Source of the DNA: Candidatus Terraquivivens tengchongensis
Lineage (GTDB): Archaea; Thermoproteota; Nitrososphaeria_A; Caldarchaeales; Wolframiiraptoraceae
Direction: 5' to 3'
DNA length: 64,000 bases
NCBI GenBank assembly: GCA_023261845.1
Contig: JALNJZ010000002.1
Location: 136,997-200,996, forward strand
Part shown: positions 38,252-47,108 of the stretch, in pieces
Position numbering within the stretch: position 1 is the stretch's first letter
Layout of the letters: the number at the start of each line of letters is the position of its first letter
Position numbers and translations under genes: made by a program
Notes under the pieces: generated by a model
Told to the model about the DNA's origin: nothing
Databases searched by the model: none
The model's input: the letters and a program-made list of their open reading frames with translations, nothing else

Positions 38252-38338
38252 GGGCCCGTAGCTCAGCATGGTTAGAGCGGCAGTTGTCGGCCGAGGCTCA
38301 TAACCTGTAGGTCCTGGGTTCGAGTCCCAGCGGGCCCA
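38252..38338 (+). tRNA. tRNA-Met/Ile2 (anticodon CAT) with a roughly 12-nt non-canonical intron in the 5' anticodon stem
   Basis: Acceptor GGGCCCG/CGGGCCC+A, D-arm GCTCAGCATGGTTAGAGC, T-arm CTGGGTTCGAGTCCCAG. After excising TTGTCGGCCGAG the anticodon arm becomes GCAGG-CUCAUAA-CCUGU. 87 nt unspliced. Confidence 0.7.
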
Positions 38339-38383
38339 TAACTTCATTATGTTTTTAATGCCGGTCATCTACCTTGACCTTGT

Positions 38384-39147
38384 ATGAAACCTAGTGTTTT
38401 TGTGGGCTGTTGCGGCTGGGCTATAAAGGGTGGTAAGCAAGCATACTATAACCGCCTTAAGACGATAGAGCTCCAGGAGACTTTTTACAAGCTACCAAAG
38501 CTGGATACTGTAAGGAAATGGAAGGAGTCGGCACCAAAGGACTTCATCTTCAATATGAAAGCTTGGCAGGTGGTAACGCACCCCCGAGTAGTGCGACTTG
38601 GAGAAAGGCAGGCATCAAGGTTCCGGAGGGTGTAAAGGAAAATTATGGAAACCTAAAACCAACGAAGGAGAACTTCGAAGCTTGGAACAAGACCGTCGAG
38701 GTGGCGAAAGTTATCGAAGCGGCTGTCGTTGTGGTACAAACACCGCCTTCGTTCGGTTACACCGAGAAGAACTTCGAAAATGTAGATAAGTTCTTCAGCA
38801 AAATACAGCGTGAATGTTTCGAGATAGGCTGGGAGCCAAGGGGCAGCTGGCGCGAGAAGCCGGACGCGGTTAAGGAGCTTTGTGAAAGGCACAGCTTGAT
38901 ACATATAACGGACATATTCCGCTGGAGACCCGTCCGCAAACATAAGTTGTTCTACACAAGGCTGCACGGTATAGGTAGCGGTGAGGTGAACTATTCATAC
39001 AAGTACACGGACGACGACTTGGCCAAGCTGAGGCAGATGGTCGCAGATGAATCAGAAGGTAGGGATGCGTGCTACGTGTTGTTCAACAACATTTCGATGG
39101 CCGACGACGCTTTGAGGTTCAAGCAACTTTTAGAAGCATTTATTTAG
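38384..39147 (+). pseudogene. DUF72-family protein split by a frameshift (near the C5 run at about 38581-38585)
   Basis: The N-terminal frame (GCCGWAIKGG...TFYKLPKLDTVRKWKESAPKDFIFNMKAW) and the C-terminal frame (VVVVQTPPSFGY...) are both DUF72-like but lie in different frames with 118 nt of overlap. Confidence 0.55.
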
Positions 39148-39162
39148 CTGTATGCACGCCTT

Positions 39163-40602
39163 ATGGGAAGGCAAGGATTAATGGCCGAGTACGAAGACCT
39201 AGTCAAAAGGATACTGAGAAGGAGACCGGAGCTTTCCGAGGAAGAGTTAGAGAAGAAGGTAGAGGAGAAACTGAGAAATTCGCCGATGCTTAGCAAGCTT
39301 GGAGCACTTCTGCTCTTGGCAGATGAGTTAGGGGTTCTTGAGACGCCAGGATGTTCTGCATCAACTTTTGATACGAGCGAATTTACAAGAATATCGTCGC
39401 TTGTCTCAGGGCTGAACGACGTCTCGCTCTATGTCAGAATTATAGCAGTCTCACCACTCGTCAGGCTAAACGGTAGGTCCGTCCTAAGGATGAAGGTCGG
39501 CGATGAAACGGGTAAGACATCGGTCGTTGCATGGGAACAGAAGGCGGAGGAGCTAGCGACTATAGGACTATCTCCCGGCATGGTCGTCGTGATTATGCAT
39601 GCCTACACGAGAAGCGGTCCTGATGGCAAACCTGAGATACATATAGGGAAGAATAGCTCAGTAAAGGTCGTTGAAGACTTGGGAACCCTGCCGCATGTCG
39701 AGAGCTTCTTCATTCCGGCAAGCAAGGCCTCAAAAACCGAAACGTTCGATATAAAGGGGACGCTCGTCATGACTGGCGAGCTAAGGTCCATCCAGACAAA
39801 GTCTGGTACGGTGAGCATGGTTGAGGCGTTTCTGGCCGATGAATATGGTGAGGCCATTTTGGTAGCGTGGAGGGATAAGGTGGAGCTGATAACGAATACC
39901 GCGCCCGGAACAGAACTCATGCTAACCGACGTCAGATTCAAGGGAGGACAGCTCCAGACAACCATTAGGACATGTATCGCTAAAGCTGCCAAAAGTAAAC
40001 TGGACCTATCAAAGTTGATGACAGAATCCAAGAGGTTGATGAACAACAAGGTCCTTAGGGTACTTGATGTGATCAAACAACGAGACTTCATAGTGTTCAT
40101 AGTTTCTGAAGGTGTATGGGTTTATAGACTTCTAAGCAGTTCGCTGGTCGGCGTTGATGTTAAGAAAGGTGATGCAATCCGTGTAATCAAAGGCTTCGTG
40201 TCAGAGAGGAATGGCAGGAAGACGATTGTAACACCAGAATATGGGGTAATGGCGGCAACGGATGAAGATGCAAGAAAGGTTCCGATGGTTGATAGAAAGA
40301 GAAGGCTTGCAGATATAAGTGGTGAGGAGTCTGACATAATAGTCGAGGGAATACTTCACACGAAGACCCCGCTGGGAGCTGTCGAGACGAAGTTCGGCAG
40401 GGCTGAAAAGATAAGCTTCTGGTTAAGGGATGGCGAGACTACGGTGCTCTGCTCAGCGTGGAGGTCTAAAGCTAGGGAGATAGATTCCATACCGATAGGT
40501 AAGCGGATTCAGTTGCGCTGGGTCAGGGTCAGGCAGAACGTCTTTGGCGAGCTTGAGATAGCCGTTGAAAAGGATACAAAGGTAGTCGTGCTGGAAGCAT
40601 GA
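39163..40602 (+). CDS. RPA-like multi-OB-fold single-stranded DNA-binding protein
   Basis: N-terminal helical region followed by three segments with OB-fold periodicity (for example SLYVRIIAVSPLVRLNGRSVLRMKVGDETGKTSVVAWE). 479 aa. Confidence 0.5.
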   Translation: MGRQGLMAEYEDLVKRILRRRPELSEEELEKKVEEKLRNSPMLSKLGALLLLADELGVLETPGCSASTFDTSEFTRISSLVSGLNDVSLYVRIIAVSPLVRLNGRSVLRMKVGDETGKTSVVAWEQKAEELATIGLSPGMVVVIMHAYTRSGPDGKPEIHIGKNSSVKVVEDLGTLPHVESFFIPASKASKTETFDIKGTLVMTGELRSIQTKSGTVSMVEAFLADEYGEAILVAWRDKVELITNTAPGTELMLTDVRFKGGQLQTTIRTCIAKAAKSKLDLSKLMTESKRLMNNKVLRVLDVIKQRDFIVFIVSEGVWVYRLLSSSLVGVDVKKGDAIRVIKGFVSERNGRKTIVTPEYGVMAATDEDARKVPMVDRKRRLADISGEESDIIVEGILHTKTPLGAVETKFGRAEKISFWLRDGETTVLCSAWRSKAREIDSIPIGKRIQLRWVRVRQNVFGELEIAVEKDTKVVVLEA

Positions 40603-41240
40603 GACCGATACTCCAAGTCGCTCTGGATTTTACGTCCCTTGAAGAAGCGTTTCGGGTTGCAGAGGCCGCCGTGAACGGAGGCGCTGACTGGCTCGAGATA
40701 GGTACGCCGCTGATAAAGTCCGTGGGAATCAGTGCCGTGAAGACCATAGCAAAACGCTTTCCGAAAATTACAATCGTGGCGGACATGAAGACCGTTGACA
40801 CAGGCTATCTTGAAGCTCGAATGGCAGTAATCCATGGAGCACGCGTAGTTACGGTGTTAGGTCTAGCATCTGACAGGACTATCAAGGAAGCGGCGGATGC
40901 GGCGCATGAATATAACGCCAAACTCATGGTCGACTTGATGCTGGTCAGAGATTTGCGGAAGAGGGCTGAGGAAGTCGTAGCCTTAGGCGCAGACTATGTG
41001 CTGTTGCATATCGGGAAGGACGTACAAAAGGACGGTTTGACACCGCTCACACTGTTAAGGGAAATCGCAAACGCTGTTGACGTTCCTGTTGCGGTCGCGG
41101 GCGGTCTGTCAGCGCTGACAGCTCCGATGGCCGTTAAGGCAGGAGCAAAGATAGTCGTAATCGGTAGTGCTATATCCAGCGCACCAGACCCGGAAACGGC
41201 AACCCGAAAGATCAGGGAAGCGCTGGACTCTGCCATTTAA
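40599..41240 (+). CDS. 3-hexulose-6-phosphate synthase / OMPDC-family (HPS-like)
   Basis: ILQVALDFTSLEEA...LEIGTPLIKSVGISAVKTIAKRFPKITIVADMKTVDTG, an HPS/KGPDC signature. Confidence 0.65.
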   Translation: MRPILQVALDFTSLEEAFRVAEAAVNGGADWLEIGTPLIKSVGISAVKTIAKRFPKITIVADMKTVDTGYLEARMAVIHGARVVTVLGLASDRTIKEAADAAHEYNAKLMVDLMLVRDLRKRAEEVVALGADYVLLHIGKDVQKDGLTPLTLLREIANAVDVPVAVAGGLSALTAPMAVKAGAKIVVIGSAISSAPDPETATRKIREALDSAI

Positions 41241-42088
41241 ATAAAAGAGCGCTGCTCAAGAAGCTTATATGCCTCTTCGTACAACCTCTGCCCGACCTTA
41301 GCCCTACATGTTCTGAAGATTTCTTCGAGCTTATTCACATCTCCCTTCTTGATGAGTTTGACGATTTCGTTAAGTCTTTTCACGTAAAATGAGAAAACTT
41401 GAAACGCATACGGATTCAGCTTGAATGCCGAGATAATAAGCTCAGGACTCTCCGATAGCGACGTTGCCGCCGAAAGTATCTGGAGTTTGAAGGTAGTGCC
41501 CGAGAGTTTCTTTGCTTCTCTGAACATCCCGCTATTCATGTTGAAAATCAGCGATACCGCTAATACATGCGATAGGGAGATGACGTGCGCCATAATCTTG
41601 TCATGCGTCCTCCAATCGACGACGACAAAGTTCGCATCACTGAATAAATTCTTCGCTATGCGAAGCTCAGAACGTCTGCTCTTTATTGGTACCAATGCCA
41701 TGACTTTTCCTTTCATGTCGCTTGCACCAGGTCCAAATAGTGGGTGGACAGAAAGTAGCTTTGCATGTGTGCGCCGCGACCTCTTCAGAACCTTAACTAC
41801 ATGTGCTTTTAATGATGAGACTTCCACGATAACGCTCCCCTGCTTTGCGTACCTTAAAACATCCTTGATGACAGATGCCGTAACAGCCAACGGGACGGCG
41901 ACAAGCGTGACATCCGCATCGTGTACAGCACTCTCGATGTTTCTGCTCATGCTTGCTCCAATTTCTTTTACTAACTTGAATGCTGCGCTTGGCCTTTTAT
42001 CGAAGACTTTCACCTCGTCCCCCCTTTTGTAAAAATAATTAGCAAACCAGCTGCCCATCCTTCCGGCTCCGATAATTGCTGCCTTCAT
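41237..42088 (-). CDS. tyrA: prephenate dehydrogenase
   Basis: N-terminal Rossmann motif MKAAIIGAGRMGSWFA plus the PDH helical domain. Adjacent to a chorismate-mutase fusion gene. Confidence 0.7.
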   Translation of the reverse strand: MKAAIIGAGRMGSWFANYFYKRGDEVKVFDKRPSAAFKLVKEIGASMSRNIESAVHDADVTLVAVPLAVTASVIKDVLRYAKQGSVIVEVSSLKAHVVKVLKRSRRTHAKLLSVHPLFGPGASDMKGKVMALVPIKSRRSELRIAKNLFSDANFVVVDWRTHDKIMAHVISLSHVLAVSLIFNMNSGMFREAKKLSGTTFKLQILSAATSLSESPELIISAFKLNPYAFQVFSFYVKRLNEIVKLIKKGDVNKLEEIFRTCRAKVGQRLYEEAYKLLEQRSFI

Positions 42089-42140
42089 ATGTTTCCAATA
42101 TCTAAAGAGAAATTAAAACTAAATAACTTTCCCTACCGGT

Positions 42141-43553
42141 TTAGGACATGCTACTAAGGAACTCGCCTATCCTCTTTACGCCCTCTAGCAGGACTTCTTT
42201 TGGTTGTCCAAGTGATATCCTAAAGTAGTTGAAATAGTTGCCAAACGCGCCACCAGGTGCTACGCTCACGTTCTTATTCTCTAGGAGCTTCACGGCAAAT
42301 TCCGAGCCATCAACACCTTTTACGTCAATCCTCGGGAAAACGTACATGGCACCATCCGGTTTATAGAACGTTAGGGGTAAGGGCTTAAGAGCCTTACACA
42401 CAGCTTCAGCCCTATCTTTCATCACCTCTGAGTTCTTCTTTGCCTCATCCAAACACTTCAACGCCTCGATGGCGGCATACTGTATGAACTCTGGGATACA
42501 AGTTATTAGTGTGGACTGTATTGTGGCCATCTTGTTCGTTCTATCGAGGTCTGAGATGGTGAACCCAACCCTAAAGCCGGTCATGCCCCAGCTCTTGGAG
42601 AAGGACGATATCAGGACGTAATTCACGTCAGGATAGTTAAGGACCGTGTTGTGCTCCGAGCCTGTAAAATTGTAGTCCGCATAAACCTCATCACTTATCA
42701 ACGTCAGCTTCCTGTCTTGTGCTATCTCTACTATTCCCTTGAACGTCTTTTTGTCTAAAGCCTTGCCGGTTGGGTTGCACGGATAGTTCAGGATTATGGC
42801 CTTCGTGGCCGCGCTTATCTTTTCGTTAAGCTTATCAAGATCTGGCTCCCAACCATCCTCTAACCGTGTCTCCAACACGATTGGCCTCCCACCCACGTAC
42901 CTGACGCAAGGCTTGTAGATTGGCCATGATGGGTCGATAACTATAACCTCATCACCAGGCGATACTGTTGATGCAAGGGCTAAGTATACGCCGAATGCGC
43001 CGCCCACCGTGGCTATCACTTGGTCCGCCCTGGCATCTGCGCCGTACCTCATCTTCACGTAATCGGCGATTGCCTGTCTTAATTCCTGCTTTCCTTTCGG
43101 TTCCGTGTACCTTGACCTCCCTGCCTTCATCTCTTGGTATGCCCTTTCCACAACGGTGTTTGGTGCCCTGAAGTCAGGCTCACCTACGTCCATCCTGATG
43201 ACCTTTACACCTTGCCTCTCGAGGGCCTCCGCCATCCTAGCTATGTCCCTATGCGTAAGGACTTTCCTTTCTGGTGGTTTTGGTTGAACCTTGGTGCACT
43301 CTTCGATGAGTAGCGTTGTTAGCTTTTGTGCAAAATCCTTTTCTATGCCGAGGTTCAGGGCCTCCTTGGTGATAGCTTCTCTTAACGCCCTCTCGATACT
43401 CGGATCCTCAATGCTTAGACCCTTTGCTTGCTTCAGCTTGCCTACCTCAACACAAAGGGACTGCCGCCTTGCGATGAGCCTGAGAATTTCTTTAGTAACC
43501 TCCAAAACTTCACTCCTTAACTTATCAAGCTCGCTCTCTTTCGCACAGGACAT
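42141..43553 (-). CDS. chorismate mutase (AroQ) fused to class-I PLP aminotransferase
   Basis: N-terminal roughly 90 aa forms a CM_2 helical domain (LDKLRSEVLEVTKEILRLIARRQSLCVEVGKLK). The remainder is an aspartate/aromatic aminotransferase with PLP-lysine context SFSKSWGMTGFRVG. Confidence 0.75.
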   Translation of the reverse strand: MSCAKESELDKLRSEVLEVTKEILRLIARRQSLCVEVGKLKQAKGLSIEDPSIERALREAITKEALNLGIEKDFAQKLTTLLIEECTKVQPKPPERKVLTHRDIARMAEALERQGVKVIRMDVGEPDFRAPNTVVERAYQEMKAGRSRYTEPKGKQELRQAIADYVKMRYGADARADQVIATVGGAFGVYLALASTVSPGDEVIVIDPSWPIYKPCVRYVGGRPIVLETRLEDGWEPDLDKLNEKISAATKAIILNYPCNPTGKALDKKTFKGIVEIAQDRKLTLISDEVYADYNFTGSEHNTVLNYPDVNYVLISSFSKSWGMTGFRVGFTISDLDRTNKMATIQSTLITCIPEFIQYAAIEALKCLDEAKKNSEVMKDRAEAVCKALKPLPLTFYKPDGAMYVFPRIDVKGVDGSEFAVKLLENKNVSVAPGGAFGNYFNYFRISLGQPKEVLLEGVKRIGEFLSSMS

Positions 43554-43744
43554 TTTACTTCATGAATAACGGCTAACTCATGTATTTAAACAATAAGCTT
43601 AAATTAACTGAGTTGCTTTCACGTGCGTATTATGAATATTAAACTTTTCTATGAGCGAGCTAAGGAAGCATCTCACCACATTTGAGCAATTGACGCTGGA
43701 ATGTCTAACACGAACTCCCTACGCTTAAGTGTTGTCTTCTATGC

Positions 43745-45892
43745 TCAATGTGATTGTGAAGCGTTCAGTGCTTTCAAAACCACCTTTACATCGGCGGCAA
43801 GGACTGGGGGGTTATAGTCGCCAACGCCGTAAACGAATAGCGGGTTTATATCGACGTCTTCTATCTCTGGGAAATCTTCGGCAAGCTTTGCGATTCTAAT
43901 GATTATCTCCTTAACCTTTTCCTTATCCGAAGGCTTCTCGCCCCTTATGCCCTCGATGAGTTTTGAAGCTTTAGTCTCGTTTATCATCTCTTCTGCATCT
44001 TCCTTTGTTAGCGGCGTGACCCTGAAGGCCACATCTTTGTAAAGCTCTATAAGGGTACCGCCGCTTCCGAACATTATCAATGGACCGAAGGTAGGGTCTC
44101 TATGCATACCTATGGCTGTTTCTCTTCCTTGGGGAACCATCTTCCTAACTATTATTCCTCTTATCTCAGCGTTTGGTGCTTTCTCCTTCACGTTCTTCAT
44201 GATCTTTTCGTATGCCTGCCTTACCTCATCTTGGCTCTTAATGTTGAGTATTATTCCTCCGACATCGACCTTGTGGAGTATGTTTGGAGACTCCACCTCT
44301 AAGACTACGGGGTATCCGACACTATTAGCCGCTTTTACAGCATCTTCTACAGTATTCACTCTAACCTTATCAACTACAGGAATTCCGTACGATTTTGCGA
44401 CCTCAGCCGCCTCAGAGGGTAGGAGTATGTTTCTTTTCTCCTCTATTGCTGCCTTTATTATTTTCTCTGCCCTGCTCTTATCTACCTTAATCTCTTTCAT
44501 GTCCTCTTCTTTGTTTTTCTCCAAGAACCTGCGATACTTTAGTAGTTGACCTATGGCAGAAACTGCCTTCTCAGGTGTATCGTATGCTGGTATGCCGTTC
44601 GAAATGAGCATCCTCATAGCATCCTCGCATTCTTTCCCTCCAATGAAGCATACGGTTATCGGCTTTTCTTTGCCCACAGAACTCTTCGCCCTTATGATAG
44701 CGTTTGCTACATCCGCCGGGTCGGTTTGTGCTGTGTGACAGTATAATATTATAACGTTGTTGACCCTATCATCTTCTAGAAGTGTTTTTAGTGCTCCTTC
44801 GTAATCGCTCGGAGATGCCATTCCAGTTAGGTCGACTGGGTTGTATACGCTACCAAAAGGAGGCATGAACTTCCTAAGCTTCTCTGCTAGGTCATTCGGA
44901 ATATCCATGAGCTTTACTTTAAATTCTTCTGCCGCATCTGTTGCCATAACGCCAGCTCCGCCTCCGTTTGTTAATATTACAGAATTTTCGCCACGGGGTA
45001 GTGGAAGCAAATTAAACGCCACAGCCCAGTCGAAAAGCTCGATTATTGTAGGTGCCCTTATTATCCCCGCTTGTTTAAAAGCTACCTCATAAGCTATGTC
45101 TGAACCAGCTAAGGAACCAGTGTGAGACCTTATTGCCTGTGAAGTTCTTTCTGATTTTCCTGGCTTTAGCACTATTATCGGCTTCTTTTTGCTCACTTTC
45201 TTAGAAACTTCCAGGAACTTTCTTCCATCTTCCACTCCTTCTAAGTATAGGGTTATAACCTTTGTATATTCATCGTCCCCAAAGTATTCTATAAAGTCAA
45301 CTTCGTTTAGGTCTGCTTTATTACCCATGCTGACTAAGTCGGACAGTCCAATTTGCTTTAATGAAGTCCAGCCAGCTAAACCTATTGCCAGAGCTCCGCT
45401 TTGGCTAATGAATGCGATGTTCCCTTCCTTAGGCAATTGCTGTATAAAGCTTGCGTTTACCTTCTTTACGGTATCTGCTACCCCAATTATGTTCGGCCCT
45501 AAAATCCTTGCACTCCCTTTCCTTGCAATTTCAACAAGTTCTAATTCTTCTTTCACATTGCCTATTTCTTTAAAGCCTGCAGAAATTATGGCGATTGCTT
45601 TAACGCCTTTTTCTACGCACTCTCTGAGTACCTGCGGCACTGCTTTTGCTGGAACGGCTATGACCGCTAGGTCAACGTTGTGTGGAACATCTTTGATGGA
45701 CTTGTAGCACTTTAAGCCTAAAATTTCGTCCGCGTTTGGATTTATAGGGAAAACTTTTTCTCTTGAAGGAGAAAATCTCAAGAGGTTCTTTACTATAGCA
45801 TGACCGATTTTATTGGGTTCTCTCGCCGCTCCTATGACGGCTATGCTGTCTGGTCTAAGAAGTTTAGTTATAACTTCACTCTGCTCGCTCAT
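43745..45892 (-). CDS. ADP-forming acetyl/acyl-CoA synthetase (fused alpha and beta)
   Basis: CoA-binding N-terminus (SIAVIGAAREPNKIGH), a succinyl-CoA-synthetase-like domain and a C-terminal ATP-grasp. 715 aa. Confidence 0.85.
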   Translation of the reverse strand: MSEQSEVITKLLRPDSIAVIGAAREPNKIGHAIVKNLLRFSPSREKVFPINPNADEILGLKCYKSIKDVPHNVDLAVIAVPAKAVPQVLRECVEKGVKAIAIISAGFKEIGNVKEELELVEIARKGSARILGPNIIGVADTVKKVNASFIQQLPKEGNIAFISQSGALAIGLAGWTSLKQIGLSDLVSMGNKADLNEVDFIEYFGDDEYTKVITLYLEGVEDGRKFLEVSKKVSKKKPIIVLKPGKSERTSQAIRSHTGSLAGSDIAYEVAFKQAGIIRAPTIIELFDWAVAFNLLPLPRGENSVILTNGGGAGVMATDAAEEFKVKLMDIPNDLAEKLRKFMPPFGSVYNPVDLTGMASPSDYEGALKTLLEDDRVNNVIILYCHTAQTDPADVANAIIRAKSSVGKEKPITVCFIGGKECEDAMRMLISNGIPAYDTPEKAVSAIGQLLKYRRFLEKNKEEDMKEIKVDKSRAEKIIKAAIEEKRNILLPSEAAEVAKSYGIPVVDKVRVNTVEDAVKAANSVGYPVVLEVESPNILHKVDVGGIILNIKSQDEVRQAYEKIMKNVKEKAPNAEIRGIIVRKMVPQGRETAIGMHRDPTFGPLIMFGSGGTLIELYKDVAFRVTPLTKEDAEEMINETKASKLIEGIRGEKPSDKEKVKEIIIRIAKLAEDFPEIEDVDINPLFVYGVGDYNPPVLAADVKVVLKALNASQSH

Positions 45893-46077
45893 TTTTCTTT
45901 TCCCGGGGGATTCTCTGATAAAGGCTTTATTTTAGGACTACTGTGGTATTAATGAGTTAAATATAAGTGTTTCATTTTTCCCGCAAATATGAAGGTTTAT
46001 AGAAACATCTGTACAAAATTTATGCGTACCCATCTTTCGGCGCACTTAACATAAAAATTTGATAAACATTATTAAAT

Positions 46078-46722
46078 ATGCGCTCCGAAATCAACATGGT
46101 GCGCTTGGGAAATACATCGTTGTTGGGAAGAAAAGGAAGGAAAATCTTCGAAGAAGCAACGGGTAAACTCATTGGCTACATGGCCAGACATGATGTAAGT
46201 CCTACCGCATTGAGCTTTTTCGGACTCGCCTTAGCCATCGTATCAGCCGTTCTTTACGTTTTAGCTGCCAACGTACGCGAGTTTATAATCTTGGCAGCCG
46301 TCGTTTTATTAATATCTGGGTTCTTCGACGCAATAGACGGTGCAGTCGCAAGAGCCTCGGGCAAAGTTACCGCCTTTGGCGCGTTCACGGACTCCATGTT
46401 TGACAGGATAGGAGATGCAGCACTAATCATCGCGATAACCCTTGCAGGTTTTTTGAACGTCCTGTTAGGCATGCTCCTGCTGTTATCTTCATACTTGGTA
46501 AGCTACTCGAGGGCAAGGGCGGAGGGCCTCGGCATCGAGATGAAAGGTGTAGGACTCTTTGAGAGGGCTGAGAGAATTCTTGTGATCTTTGCAGCATCTA
46601 TAATTGAATACTTCTTTCCCCGCACCATGATGCTAGTCTCTGCCGTGCTGATAGTGATAAATGTCTTGGTAATCATCCAAAGAGTTTTACACGTGAGGTC
46701 TAAGTTGAAAGAAAAATGCTGA
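46078..46722 (+). CDS. CDP-alcohol phosphatidyltransferase
   Basis: Signature D-G-x2-A-R-x8-G-x3-D-x3-D (FFDAIDGAVARASGKVTAFGAFTDSMFDRIGD) and multiple TM helices. Confidence 0.75.
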   Translation: MRSEINMVRLGNTSLLGRKGRKIFEEATGKLIGYMARHDVSPTALSFFGLALAIVSAVLYVLAANVREFIILAAVVLLISGFFDAIDGAVARASGKVTAFGAFTDSMFDRIGDAALIIAITLAGFLNVLLGMLLLLSSYLVSYSRARAEGLGIEMKGVGLFERAERILVIFAASIIEYFFPRTMMLVSAVLIVINVLVIIQRVLHVRSKLKEKC

Positions 46723-46723
46723 G

Positions 46724-47056
46724 CTAAACGGGAACGAATGTTATTTTACCATCCTTAAATTGCAACTCGTAAATGTAGTTTACCTCGAGCTTCACGTTGA
46801 GCATTTCGTACTCTTCCTCCGTAAGGAAGAGCGTCATCTTCGGTATAATGAGCTCCCTCGCATGAGGTAGCAAGCCCATAGATTGCATCTGAAGGAATAC
46901 GCCCTGCATCAACCTTTGTAGCATTAAAGTCTCCTCAGCAAGCACGCCGGTCCTTTCACTTTGTCGTCTGACCTCGACCAACTCTATTATTCTCCCAGGC
47001 CTACCCGTCTCTGGATCGTTGGTGCTGGAAATCCTGTAAACCTTTACCAGAACCAT
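46724..47056 (-). CDS. hypothetical protein
   Basis: 110-aa ORF between the two acyl-CoA synthetase paralogues. No family recognised. Confidence 0.4.
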   Translation of the reverse strand: MVLVKVYRISSTNDPETGRPGRIIELVEVRRQSERTGVLAEETLMLQRLMQGVFLQMQSMGLLPHARELIIPKMTLFLTEEEYEMLNVKLEVNYIYELQFKDGKITFVPV

Positions 47057-47108
47057 TTGGCAATAAGATGAAGACAGAAGTATATTAGTTTGTCGAGAAT
47101 GTATGCTG

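Noticed and set aside
44112-45707. Several 60-170-aa ORFs antisense to the acyl-CoA synthetase genes (and similar antisense ORFs inside most large genes)
   Set aside because: They are Ser/Thr/Leu-rich antisense artefacts of long GC-balanced genes and carry no motifs. The sense-strand genes have strong family signatures.
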